DNA of 64,000 bases from an uncultured Bacteriovoracaceae bacterium (GTDB lineage: Bacteria; Bdellovibrionota; UBA2428): positions 23,825 to 87,824 of the forward strand of contig CAYZFQ010000011.1 of the NCBI GenBank assembly GCA_964477895.1, in the 5' to 3' direction. The position numbers and the translations under genes were made by a program. Under the pieces are notes generated by a model that saw only the letters and a program-made list of their open reading frames with translations, did no database searches and was not told the origin of the DNA. Positions 37,855 to 47,679 of the stretch are shown here, piece after piece; the first letter of the stretch is position 1; each line of letters begins with the position of its first letter.

Positions 37855-38355
37855 ATGTCCATTTTGAACCGGATTTCGTCAGTTTTTCAAAAGAATGAGA
37901 CCGTCTTAAAGTCTCCCCTAAAAGGCACAGTCGTGCCGCTTGCCCAAGTTCCCGATGAGACTTTCGCGAGCAAGATACTCGGCGACGGCGTCGCAATCGA
38001 TCCCCTTGAGGGCATCCTGCTGTCGCCCGTGGACGGCGAAGTCGTGCAGGTGTTCCGCACGAACCACGCTGTGGGCCTTTTGAGCGCCTCGGGACTGGAA
38101 ATCTTGCTTCACGTGGGCATCGACACCGTGAAAATGAACGGCGAGGGCTTTCGAGCGCTCGTCAAGCCGGGTCAAAAAGTCAAAGCCGGCGATCGACTGC
38201 TGGAGTTCGACTTGGGCCTTGTGAAAGCCAAAGCAAAATCGGCCATCACGCCTATGGTTGTCACAAACATGGAGGTCGTGAAAAATCTCGAAAATCGCGC
38301 CACGGGCGCCATCGAAGCTGGCCAAGAACTCCTTCGCGTCGAAACGAAGGCCTAA
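37855..38355 (+). CDS. crr: PTS glucose-family EIIA component.
   Basis: VVPLAQVPDETFASKILGDGVAIDP...GLEILLHVGIDTVKMNGEGF is the classic EIIA-Glc sequence. I prefer the internal ATG at 37855 (166 aa). Confidence 0.85.
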   Translation: MSILNRISSVFQKNETVLKSPLKGTVVPLAQVPDETFASKILGDGVAIDPLEGILLSPVDGEVVQVFRTNHAVGLLSASGLEILLHVGIDTVKMNGEGFRALVKPGQKVKAGDRLLEFDLGLVKAKAKSAITPMVVTNMEVVKNLENRATGAIEAGQELLRVETKA

Positions 38356-38383
38356 ACCGGAAACTTAAGGAACGAGAGCAAAC

Positions 38384-38644
38384 ATGGAAAAGACTGTTCG
38401 AATCCTGAATGAAGAGGGCTTTCATGCCCGACCGGCCGGGGTCTTCGTGAAAAAAGCCACGGCTTTCGCCTCGGCCATTGAGGTCCGGCATAACGGCGCC
38501 TCGAAAAACGGCAAGTCGATCATGGCCCTCATGAGCCTCGGCCTCGCTAAGGATTCCGAAATCACCATCGCAGCCCAAGGCCCCGACGCCGACGCCGCCG
38601 TCACAGCCCTCGTCGACCTCGTGAATCGCAAGTTTCAAAACTGA
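38384..38644 (+). CDS. ptsH: Phosphocarrier protein HPr.
   Basis: GFHARPAG (His-15 region). 86 aa. Confidence 0.9.
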   Translation: MEKTVRILNEEGFHARPAGVFVKKATAFASAIEVRHNGASKNGKSIMALMSLGLAKDSEITIAAQGPDADAAVTALVDLVNRKFQN

Positions 38645-40383
38645 TGATTCTCGTCGGCAAAAGCGCTTCGAGCGGCATCGTCGTGGGTCGGGCCCTGCTC
38701 CTAAAGCAGGAAGCCCTTGTCGTCGAGGAAACCCGCGTCGACAACACGGACGTCGAAATCGCCAGATTCCGTCGCTCCATCGAGAAGTCCAAAACGGATC
38801 TCGGGACTGTGCGTGAGAACGCGCTTGCCACGATGGGGGCCGACAAAGCCGCTATTTTTGACGCTCACTTGCTCGTACTCGAGGATCCCGAGCTCATCGA
38901 CGAGACGGAGCGGATCATCCGCGACGACAAACTCAACGCCTCAGCAGCGTTTCGAAAAGTCTCCCAGAACTTCATCGTGATCTTTGACGCCATGGAAAAC
39001 GAATATATGCGCGAGCGGGCCGCGGACATCCGCGACATCTCGGACCGTGTGCTGCGGAACCTGGCCGGGCACAACGTCATGGACCTTTCAACTCTGACCG
39101 ACGAGCATATTGTCGTGTGCCACGATCTGACACCTTCCGAGACGGCCACGCTCAATCCCCAAAAGGTTCTGGGAATCTTGGCGGACATCGGAGGCAAAAC
39201 TGGGCACACCGCCATTATGGCCCGGACGCTCGAGATTCCGGCCGTCCTCGGCCTTCGCAAGATCACGCAGCTTGTGCGGAACGGCGACTGGATCGCCTTC
39301 AACGGCGAAACGGGCGAAGTTGTGATCAACCCCGACGAGAAAACGCGGGAAATGCACCTGCAGGCCCGCGCTCGAGAGCTTCAGGACAAAATCGAGCTAC
39401 AAAAGCTGATCGGGCTTCCAAATCAAACGCTCGACGGCCACACCGTGGGCCTCCTTGGGAACATCGGCAGCATTCAGGACCTCGGTGTCTTAAAAAAATA
39501 CGACGCTCGAGGCGTAGGCCTGTATCGCACCGAGTTCTTGTTCATGGATCACGCCCAGATGCCCACCGAACAGGAACAGTTCGTGGCTTATAAAGCCGTA
39601 CTCGAAGCCTTGCCGAGTCTTCCTGTGACGATTCGCACGCTCGACATCGGCGGAGACAAAGCCGTGCCGTATCTCGACATGGGCAAGGAAGAAAACCCGT
39701 TTCTGGGCTACCGCGCGATCCGCTACTGCCTGGAGCACCCAGAGGTGTTTCGTCCCCAGCTTCGCGCCCTGCTGCGAGCGAGCGTCTACGGCAACCTTCG
39801 CATCATGTTCCCGATGATCTCATCGCTCGACGAACTTCTGGCCGCCAAAGAGGCCGTGGCCTCGGTCCGCGCCGAGCTCGTGACGGAGGGCGTGTCCGTG
39901 GCCAACGATCTGCCACTAGGCGTGATGATCGAGATCCCTTCGGCGGCGATCATCTCAGACGTCCTTGCCCAGCATTGCGAGTTCATGAGCATCGGCACGA
40001 ACGACCTCATTCAATATGTTGTCGCCGTCGATCGCCAAAACGAACGCGTGCAGAACCTTTATGATCCTTTCCATCCGGGCGTGCTACGCCTGATCGCCAC
40101 GGTCATCGAAAACGGCCATAAATACGGCCGAAAAGTCAGCATGTGCGGCGAGATGGGCGGCAGCGAGCTGCACTTGCCGCTCTTGCTTGGACTCGGTCTA
40201 GACGAATTCAGCATGGCGCCGACCTACGTTCTTCGGGCCCGTCGGCAGTTGCGCCAATGGACAATCATCGAGGCCCGAAAACTCTCTCAAGACGTCCTGA
40301 AACGATCCCGCTCCGCCGAGATCGAAGCCCTCCTCACAGAAGCCCGCAATCAAAACGCTAAAGCAAAGAGGTCCTCACTATGA
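38644..40383 (+). CDS. ptsI: PTS Enzyme I (phosphoenolpyruvate-protein phosphotransferase).
   Basis: MILVGKSASSGIVVGRALLL. GGKTGHTAIMARTLEIPAV (active-site His). PEP-utilising domain. Confidence 0.9.
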   Translation: MILVGKSASSGIVVGRALLLKQEALVVEETRVDNTDVEIARFRRSIEKSKTDLGTVRENALATMGADKAAIFDAHLLVLEDPELIDETERIIRDDKLNASAAFRKVSQNFIVIFDAMENEYMRERAADIRDISDRVLRNLAGHNVMDLSTLTDEHIVVCHDLTPSETATLNPQKVLGILADIGGKTGHTAIMARTLEIPAVLGLRKITQLVRNGDWIAFNGETGEVVINPDEKTREMHLQARARELQDKIELQKLIGLPNQTLDGHTVGLLGNIGSIQDLGVLKKYDARGVGLYRTEFLFMDHAQMPTEQEQFVAYKAVLEALPSLPVTIRTLDIGGDKAVPYLDMGKEENPFLGYRAIRYCLEHPEVFRPQLRALLRASVYGNLRIMFPMISSLDELLAAKEAVASVRAELVTEGVSVANDLPLGVMIEIPSAAIISDVLAQHCEFMSIGTNDLIQYVVAVDRQNERVQNLYDPFHPGVLRLIATVIENGHKYGRKVSMCGEMGGSELHLPLLLGLGLDEFSMAPTYVLRARRQLRQWTIIEARKLSQDVLKRSRSAEIEALLTEARNQNAKAKRSSL

Positions 40384-41915
40384 AAATATTCTCCACACTT
40401 CAGAAGCTAGGCAAATCCCTTATGCTCCCGGTCTCAGTCTTGCCCGTGGCCGGTATTCTCCTGGGCGTCGGCGGGGGCTTCCTTGCGAGCGCCGACAAAA
40501 CGGGTCTCACGCTAAGCCCCACTGTTCGCACCGTGCTCGAGATCATGCAGAATTCGGGTGGCTCGATTTTCGGCGCCCTCGCGCTGTTGTTTGCGATCGG
40601 CGTAGCGCTTGGTTTCACTGACGACGACGGCGTCGCAGGCTTGGCGGGTGTCGTGGGCTTCGTTGTGCTTCAAGGCACGCTCGGCACGCTCGCAAAAGCT
40701 TTCAACGTGACGACCACCAAGGTCCTAGGCATCGACTCCATCAACACCGGCGTCGCGGGCGGCATCATCGCCGGCCTCATTGCGGCTTACATGTTCAACC
40801 GTTTTTACCGAATCAAACTTCCCTCTTATCTAGGCTTTTTCGCGGGCAAGCGCTTCGTGCCGATCGCCACGGCGTTTGCCTCGATCCTGGCTGGCGCAGT
40901 GCTCATCGTTATTTGGCCTCCCATCGGCCGGGGCATCGACGCCTTCTCTCAATGGGCCTCGAAGGAAAATCTGCTTTTGGCCACGGGCCTGTACGGGATC
41001 GTCGAGCGCTCTCTCATTCCACTCGGCCTGCATCATATCTGGAACGTGCCCTTCTTCTTTGAAATGGGTCAGTACTATCAACCTCTGCAGCCCGGCGTGG
41101 ACTGCGCCGTAGAAGCCGCTCGCACGAACGCCGAGATGTGCAAGCTCGTCACGGGCGAGATCCCGCGCTTCTTCGCGGCCGACCCGACGGCCGGCAATCT
41201 GGCCGGGGGCTTCCTTTTCAAGATGTTCGGCCTTCCGGCTGCGGCCATCGCCATGTGGCATTGCGCGCGTCCCGAAAAGCGCGCCGTCATCGGGAGTCTC
41301 ATGATCTCGGCCGCTTTCACGAGCTTTTTGACCGGCATCACGGAGCCCATTGAGTTCTCGTTCCTCTTCGTGGCCCCAATTCTTTATGTCTTCCACGCGC
41401 TCTTAGCCGGAGGCGCGTTCGTCCTCACGAACCTCGTCGACGCCAAGCTGGGCTTTGCTTTTTCGCATGGCGCGATCGACTACGTCTTACATCACTTCGT
41501 GAGCGGCCTCGGCCGCAACCAGCTCTTGATCATTCCCCTGGGCCTTGCTTACGCAGCCGTGTATTACACGGTCTTCCGTGTAGCCATCACCAAATTGAAT
41601 CTCATGACCCCTGGACGCGAGGCCGATGATGTCTCGAAACCCGCGGCCTCAAAGTTGATGGCAGGACAAGGCGAATTGGCTGCCGAGCTTATCGCGGCCT
41701 TCGGAGGCAGTGCGAACATCGCGAGCCTTGATGCCTGCATCACACGCTTGCGCATTGAGGTGAAAGAGATCGAGCGCGTGGACCAGGCCCGAATCAAGGC
41801 CCTCGGCGCGGCAGGCGTATTCGTGAGCGGCAACGGGATTCAAGCTGTCTTCGGAACTCGCTCGGACAACCTCCGCTCCGACATGGCCGAACTCATAAAA
41901 AAATCAGCGCTATGA
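40380..41915 (+). CDS. PTS glucose/GlcNAc-family EIICB permease.
   Basis: Polytopic EIIC followed by an EIIB domain with LDACITRLRIEV (phospho-Cys). ATGA overlap with ptsI. Confidence 0.85.
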   Translation: MKIFSTLQKLGKSLMLPVSVLPVAGILLGVGGGFLASADKTGLTLSPTVRTVLEIMQNSGGSIFGALALLFAIGVALGFTDDDGVAGLAGVVGFVVLQGTLGTLAKAFNVTTTKVLGIDSINTGVAGGIIAGLIAAYMFNRFYRIKLPSYLGFFAGKRFVPIATAFASILAGAVLIVIWPPIGRGIDAFSQWASKENLLLATGLYGIVERSLIPLGLHHIWNVPFFFEMGQYYQPLQPGVDCAVEAARTNAEMCKLVTGEIPRFFAADPTAGNLAGGFLFKMFGLPAAAIAMWHCARPEKRAVIGSLMISAAFTSFLTGITEPIEFSFLFVAPILYVFHALLAGGAFVLTNLVDAKLGFAFSHGAIDYVLHHFVSGLGRNQLLIIPLGLAYAAVYYTVFRVAITKLNLMTPGREADDVSKPAASKLMAGQGELAAELIAAFGGSANIASLDACITRLRIEVKEIERVDQARIKALGAAGVFVSGNGIQAVFGTRSDNLRSDMAELIKKSAL

Positions 41916-43312
41916 ACCACGTCTTTCCACCTGGCTTCGTCTGGGGATCTGCTACGGCCGCCATCCAAGTCGAGGGCGCCGCTCGAGAAGACGGTAAAGG
42001 ACCCTCGAATTGGGACGTCTTTTGCCGCGAGCATCCGGAACGGATTTACGATCGCGGAAGTCCCGAGGTGGCTTGCGATCATTACCACCGCTTCCGCGAA
42101 GACGTCGGTCTGATGAAAGAAATGGGACACACGGGCTATCGCATGTCGATCGCCTGGACCCGCATTTTTCCCACGGGCGAGGGCCCTCTCAATACCGAAG
42201 GCGTCCGCTTTTACCGCGAGCTTTTCGCCGAGTTGCTCGCGCAGGGCATCGAGCCGAACGTCACGCTTTATCATTGGGATTTACCCCAGGCTCTAGCCGA
42301 GCGCGGCGGTTGGGAGAACAAAAGCACCATCCAGGCCTTCGAAAAATACGCCCGCACCTGCTTTGAACTTTTTGGCGACCAAGTCCGCCTCTGGTCCACA
42401 CTGAATGAGCCTGGGTGGACGACTCTCCAAAGCTACGTGACCGGCCTCCACCCCCCCTGCAAAACGGATCAGCGCGCAGCCATACAAGTTGCGCATAATT
42501 TTTTGGTGGCTCATGCTCGGTCCGTTGCGGCCTTTCGCGAGTCCGGGTGCCCTGGGCTGATCGGGCTCGTGCTCAACATGTCCACCGTTTATCCCGCCAG
42601 CCAAGATTCAGCCGACGCAGATGCCGCACGCATCGCCGACGGCATTCTGAATCGCTGGTTTATCGATCCGGCGCTGAAAGGCTGTTATCCCGACGACATA
42701 TGGCAACTCTATAAATCCTGCGGGCTCTTGCCCGAGCATACACCCGAGGAGCTTGAGCTCTTCGGGCGCCACACGATCGACTTCATTGGCGTCAACTATT
42801 ACTACCCCCACTTCGCGAGCGCCGACGCCCAAGAATCCGCGTATCATCTGAACACCTCGGGGGATAAAAACGAGGACTGCAAATTCTCGATCCGCGGCCT
42901 TTTTCGCTTCGTGAAGAATCCAAACGGACGCTTCACGGATTGGGGCTGGGAGATTTATCCCGACGGCCTCTATGATTTACTGATGCGGGCCCACGAGTAC
43001 CGACCCGGCATTCCTGTTTACATCACCGAGAACGGAATCGGACAGCATGAGTCGCTCGACCAGAACGGCGAGCTCAACGACGATGGACGCATCGAGTTCG
43101 TTCGCGAACATCTCAAGGTGGCCCACCGTGCGTGGCGCGACGGCGTGAATCTGAAGGGCTATTACATGTGGGCGCTCATGGATAATTTTTCGTGGGTCAA
43201 CGGTTTCAAAAAGCGTTACGGATTTTTGTTTGTGGACCGCGTGACACTCGATCGAACAATCAAGGCAAGTGGCCGCTGGTATCGCCAGGTCTCCGAGGCG
43301 AACGGGTTTTAG
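41912..43312 (+). CDS. Glycoside hydrolase family 1 (beta-glucosidase / 6-phospho-beta-glucosidase).
   Basis: FVWGSATAAIQVEGA, TLNEPG and ITENGIG (the two catalytic Glu regions). ATGA overlap with the EIICB gene. Confidence 0.85.
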   Translation: MNHVFPPGFVWGSATAAIQVEGAAREDGKGPSNWDVFCREHPERIYDRGSPEVACDHYHRFREDVGLMKEMGHTGYRMSIAWTRIFPTGEGPLNTEGVRFYRELFAELLAQGIEPNVTLYHWDLPQALAERGGWENKSTIQAFEKYARTCFELFGDQVRLWSTLNEPGWTTLQSYVTGLHPPCKTDQRAAIQVAHNFLVAHARSVAAFRESGCPGLIGLVLNMSTVYPASQDSADADAARIADGILNRWFIDPALKGCYPDDIWQLYKSCGLLPEHTPEELELFGRHTIDFIGVNYYYPHFASADAQESAYHLNTSGDKNEDCKFSIRGLFRFVKNPNGRFTDWGWEIYPDGLYDLLMRAHEYRPGIPVYITENGIGQHESLDQNGELNDDGRIEFVREHLKVAHRAWRDGVNLKGYYMWALMDNFSWVNGFKKRYGFLFVDRVTLDRTIKASGRWYRQVSEANGF

Positions 43313-43755
43313 AGTTAAGTCACGATGTTGCGAATGGCGGAGAATGGGCCCCGAAAGCTAGTAAACACATCAGAGATCTAATCTTTTAATCTTTAAACTT
43401 GCATCCCTAATCGCGAAGTTTTCCGCGCAGGCCGACGCCTACCCAACAAACACGGAAAGCCAATATGTATTTATTTATATATTGGGCATCTAGGAGCTCA
43501 TATGAGAGGCCAGTTTTTTTGGCGGCGGAAATATTTGAAAAAGTCGACCTCTCTAATGAGCGTATAACCCCGCGATATATAAAAATTTGCATATTGGGTT
43601 TTTCGCGAATTTCGCGACCTATAAAAAGGGCTACACAAGTCTCTACATCGGAAGATTTCTTTAATTTCTTGGGTCAGTAAATTGACGGCGACGGGTGGGC
43701 ACCTTTGCTCCGTTTCCGGGAACTTTACGGATCAGAGCTCAGCCCAAATTTAAGA

Positions 43756-44115
43756 CTATCGAAATGCACGGCTAGATATTTGGATAGAGTTTTTCTCAGG
43801 ATCCTTAGCATTTGAGAAAGCGTAACCATCAGACTGATGGATCGAGCCAAAACGAAGTCCAGACTTGAGGCTCTTGGCGCAAAACTTTTCGACGTCTTTT
43901 ACGCTGAAAACTAGCTTAACAGATACTTGTCCAGGTTTTACGGCTTTTCCAGCTGGATGAATTAATAGGCTAAAACCACTCGATCTTTGGATGAGCTCAA
44001 CAATTCCATCGATTTGATTAGTATCTTCCGCGAAACCGAAGTGAGTTTTGTAAAACTCGGCCATCCGATTGACGTTCTTTGCATACATAACGATTCTGTT
44101 AAGTACTGCATCCAT
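43756..44115 (-). CDS. VOC/glyoxalase-family protein.
   Basis: MDAVLNRIVMYAKNVNRMAEFYKTHFGF... is about 120 aa taken from the internal ATG. The longer ORF extends to 44250. Confidence 0.6.
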   Translation of the reverse strand: MDAVLNRIVMYAKNVNRMAEFYKTHFGFAEDTNQIDGIVELIQRSSGFSLLIHPAGKAVKPGQVSVKLVFSVKDVEKFCAKSLKSGLRFGSIHQSDGYAFSNAKDPEKNSIQISSRAFR

Positions 44116-44227
44116 ATAAATATTTGTAACACGCCCAAAGCTGCGCTTCAAAATACAAATGCCTAAATCGTAGCCCCTGCATCGATTAATCCGAGCTTTA
44201 CCGTGCAGCATAGTACCCACACCGCCC

Positions 44228-44950
44228 TCAAAACAATCGCGAACCCTCAAAGTTCCACCGCAGCTTCATCACACCTATCAAAGCTTCCTTAACAATAGAC
44301 CCACTCATCTTAGAAGCCCCCGCCCGACGCTCTTGAAAAATAATCGGCGTCTCCACCAATTTCTTCCCAAGCACCAAAGCCCGGTACTTCATTTCAATCT
44401 GAAAAGCATAGCCCTTGGACTGAATGCTTTCTAAGTGCAATCCGCGAAGTAAATCCGCACGCCATCCGTTAAAGCCACCTGTCCAGTCGTGCAGCGGGTA
44501 CCTCAGCCACAACCTCGAATAAATCGAACCCATTCGCGACAAAAGGAGCCTTCCTTGCGACCAGTTAGACACTCCCCCGCCCTCTATATACCGACTGCCG
44601 CAAACCGCATCGGCACCTTTGCGAAACTCAGCAAAAAAAGCTGGCAGGTGAGCGGCGTCATGCGAAAAATCCGCGTCCATTTCAAAAATAATATCGTAGT
44701 TTTTATCTAGGCCCCACTTAAAGGCATGCAGATAAGCCGTAGCTAATCCTAACTTCCCCGAGCGGTGCTGCACAAAAACCCGGGGGTTTTTGGCAGCTAA
44801 GTCATCTAAAATTTTACCGGTTCCATCGGGACTGCCGTCATCGACAAAAAGAATATCGGTGCCGGCTTCCACAAAAGAAAAAATCCGCTCCGCCAAAGGC
44901 AATACGTTGTCTTTCTCGTTATAGGTAGGAATGCAAAGAAGTGCGCGCAA
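44228..44950 (-). CDS. Family 2 glycosyltransferase, polyprenol-phosphate mannosyl/glucosyltransferase-like (Dpm1-like).
   Basis: LCIPTYNEKDNV...FVDDGSPDGT...EMDADFSHD (DxD region). Confidence 0.8.
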   Translation of the reverse strand: MRALLCIPTYNEKDNVLPLAERIFSFVEAGTDILFVDDGSPDGTGKILDDLAAKNPRVFVQHRSGKLGLATAYLHAFKWGLDKNYDIIFEMDADFSHDAAHLPAFFAEFRKGADAVCGSRYIEGGGVSNWSQGRLLLSRMGSIYSRLWLRYPLHDWTGGFNGWRADLLRGLHLESIQSKGYAFQIEMKYRALVLGKKLVETPIIFQERRAGASKMSGSIVKEALIGVMKLRWNFEGSRLF

Positions 44951-44976
44951 GATGAGTCTACTTTAGCTGATAATTT

Positions 44977-46086
44977 TTAGCCGAGCACTTCTTTGAGGGG
45001 AGTATAGGGAAGATTTAAATCCGAGGCCACTTGTTCGTAGACACAGTGCCCATCCCAACAATTTACTCCTAGCGCCATCGCAGGATCCTTGCGCAGAGAA
45101 CCCACAGGGTCGGCTGCAAGTTTTAGAGCATAAGGCAGGGTGTGGTTTGTGAGTGCCAATGTTGAGGTGCGGGCCACAGCGCCTGGCATATTCGTTACGC
45201 AATAGTGAATCACGTTTTCTTCTATATACGTCGGCTTCTCGTGGGAGGTGGGCTTTGATGTTTCAAAGCAGCCACCCTGATCGATGGCAATGTCTACCAC
45301 TACCGAACCTGGGTTCATGCGTTTAATCATTTCCCGAGTCACAAGCTTCGGGGCTTTGGCTCCAGGAATAAGCACACTTCCAATGACGAGGTCGGACCTC
45401 GCCACACATTCTTCGATGTTCACCTGGTTGCTCATGAGTGTAGAGGCACTGGTACCAAAAATATCGTCCAAATATTCTAAGCGACGCTGATCTCGCTCCA
45501 GAATAATCACTTCGGCTCCAAGCCCCACGGCAATTTTTGCCGCATTGGTCCCGGAAACTCCGCCTCCCACAATGGTAACAACACCTTTGGCCACTCCGGG
45601 CACTCCACCTAAGAGGACACCTCGGCCCCCATTACGTTTTTCCAAAAGGTTTGCACCTATCTGCGGGGCCATGCGGCCTGCCACTTCCGACATGGGTCGA
45701 AGCAAAGGCAAAGTGCGGTCGGGGAGCTGAACGGTTTCATAAGCCACCGCGCGGACTTTTCTTTCCATAAGGGCCTTGGCCAATTTGGGTTCGCTGGCCA
45801 AGTGAAGGTAGGTGAATAAAAAGAGACCCGGGCGCATATGATTATATTCGCTCTCAATCGGCTCTTTTACCTTAATGACCAAATCAGCAGCCCAGGCGTC
45901 TTGGGCCTTGGAAACAATCTGGGCCCCACAGCTTTTGTATTGGTCATCGGTGATCCCAGAGCCTAAGCCGGCGCCTGTTTCAACCAAAACCTTATGGCCT
46001 GCGCCCACTAAGGCCTTGACGCCAGCCATAACGATGGCCACTCTGTTCTCAAGATTTTTTATTTCTTTTGGAATTCCGACTATCAT
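44977..46086 (-). CDS. ald: Alanine dehydrogenase.
   Basis: [18 protein letters not shown]. Rossmann [28 protein letters not shown]. 369 aa from the internal ATG. Confidence 0.85.
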   Translation of the reverse strand: MIVGIPKEIKNLENRVAIVMAGVKALVGAGHKVLVETGAGLGSGITDDQYKSCGAQIVSKAQDAWAADLVIKVKEPIESEYNHMRPGLFLFTYLHLASEPKLAKALMERKVRAVAYETVQLPDRTLPLLRPMSEVAGRMAPQIGANLLEKRNGGRGVLLGGVPGVAKGVVTIVGGGVSGTNAAKIAVGLGAEVIILERDQRRLEYLDDIFGTSASTLMSNQVNIEECVARSDLVIGSVLIPGAKAPKLVTREMIKRMNPGSVVVDIAIDQGGCFETSKPTSHEKPTYIEENVIHYCVTNMPGAVARTSTLALTNHTLPYALKLAADPVGSLRKDPAMALGVNCWDGHCVYEQVASDLNLPYTPLKEVLG

Positions 46087-46110
46087 AAGTGCAGAGGAGC
46101 CTAGCACGAC

Positions 46111-46536
46111 ATGGAAAATGTCCACAACAGTACGAAACCCCAAACTCCACTTCTTACGGTGGATGTTTTAATTGATATGGGCGCAGGTCTTTTGGTCTTG
46201 GTGGAACGCAAGAACGAGCCCATGGGCTGGGCCATTCCCGGAGGTTTTGTAGATATAGGCGAAACAGTTGAGGAAGCCGCCCTGAGAGAAGTTAAGGAAG
46301 AAACCGGCCTTGATGTGGAACTTGTGAGACAGTTTCATGTCTATTCGGACCCCAAACGTGACGCGCGTGGCCACTCGGCCTCGGTGGTCTTTGTAGCTCG
46401 AGGCTGGGGCGAGCCCCGAGCCGCCAGCGATGCCAAAAATGTCGGGCTTTTCCATGAAGGAAATTTGCCCCCTGAAATTTGCTTTGATCACCGGCAAATC
46501 CTTAGAGACTACTTCACGGAACGCTACCCCCTCTGA
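46111..46536 (+). CDS. Nudix hydrolase.
   Basis: Nudix box [24 protein letters not shown]. Confidence 0.8.
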   Translation: MENVHNSTKPQTPLLTVDVLIDMGAGLLVLVERKNEPMGWAIPGGFVDIGETVEEAALREVKEETGLDVELVRQFHVYSDPKRDARGHSASVVFVARGWGEPRAASDAKNVGLFHEGNLPPEICFDHRQILRDYFTERYPL

Positions 46537-47660
46537 TGTCGGAGAAAATCCTTCCTCGCATCCTCATTGTGGATGACGAAAAAGACAACCTCGAAACCTT
46601 AAAGCGTTTGCTGCGTAAAGATTTTTTAGTTGAGACTTTCACTTCGGGTGAGGCGGCCTTAGAAAAATTCCGCGCCGATCCACACTTTGATGTGCTTTTG
46701 TCGGACCAACGCATGCCTGGAATCTCGGGATCGGAATTCTTTGCCAAAGCGCTCAATGTTAATCCTCTGCCCACCCGCATTCTTTTAACCGGTTACGCCG
46801 ACCTAGAGGCTGTGACCGAAGCCATCAACTTAGGTCATATTTGGAATTACCTCGCCAAACCCTGGGAGCCCACCGAACTGTTACGAATTCTAAAGCTTGG
46901 AGCGGAGCGGGCCCAGATGCAGGCCTCTCTTGAGAGTTCCCGGCGAGAACTACAGAAAGCCGTGCGCGAACTCCGAGCTCGAGATTGGGCGAGGCGACGC
47001 AGTTTCCAGGTTCTTCTTCATGAATTTCGAACGGTCCCCCAAATCCTCCAAGGTATTCGCGACTTAGGCAGTGACGAGGACACGTCGGTGGTCCGGGAGC
47101 AGTTTTTTGAGTCTCTTTTGGGGCGTTTTCGCACCTTAGAAAGTGAAATTGTAGAAGTCTTAGACGAAGAAAAATCTTGGGCCGCTCTATCGCGGCAAAA
47201 TTTCTCGCTAGCGAATTGGCTTCCTCTTTTGTGTGGGAATATTTCTCTACCCCCACCCACAATTTCTCAGGACCTAGAACTCTATTCCAATGTGGAACTT
47301 TTAACCGAGGACATCTCCCAGATTGCTGAACTCCTGCGAAAAAACACAGCCCAAGCCCCACTGGAAATTAACATCGAAAATAACCTCCTTGTTTTTTCCC
47401 TCTCGGCCCCCACGGCTCCCTATCCGGAAGCCTTGGCTCGTGAGGACCTCGATCTTGAAATCGCTTGGCCCGCCCTTATCGAGCCCTTTGTGGGTGCCGA
47501 GGACTTCACTCGGCATTCTCAGGGACTGCGCTTTGACCTTTCACGGCGAATCCGTCGCTTGGCCGCCCTAGGGGTGCGCGTAGAGTTTCAGATTCAAAAA
47601 GAACCCCACAATTTCAAGGTAGAAGCCCTGCTCACTTTGCCCACTGAAATCTTGGCATAA
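46536..47660 (+). CDS. Response regulator: CheY-like receiver with an uncharacterised ~250-aa C-terminal domain.
   Basis: ILIVDDEKDN...VLLSDQRMPGISG...LLTGYAD...LAKP are the receiver residues. Start overlaps the Nudix stop. Confidence 0.7.
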   Translation: MSEKILPRILIVDDEKDNLETLKRLLRKDFLVETFTSGEAALEKFRADPHFDVLLSDQRMPGISGSEFFAKALNVNPLPTRILLTGYADLEAVTEAINLGHIWNYLAKPWEPTELLRILKLGAERAQMQASLESSRRELQKAVRELRARDWARRRSFQVLLHEFRTVPQILQGIRDLGSDEDTSVVREQFFESLLGRFRTLESEIVEVLDEEKSWAALSRQNFSLANWLPLLCGNISLPPPTISQDLELYSNVELLTEDISQIAELLRKNTAQAPLEINIENNLLVFSLSAPTAPYPEALAREDLDLEIAWPALIEPFVGAEDFTRHSQGLRFDLSRRIRRLAALGVRVEFQIQKEPHNFKVEALLTLPTEILA

Positions 47661-47679
47661 GATTTGTAAGGGCATTCCC

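Noticed and set aside
43465-43680. 71-aa ORF in the AT-rich spacer after the GH1 gene.
   Set aside because: AT-rich, with no RBS or motifs. The region looks non-coding.
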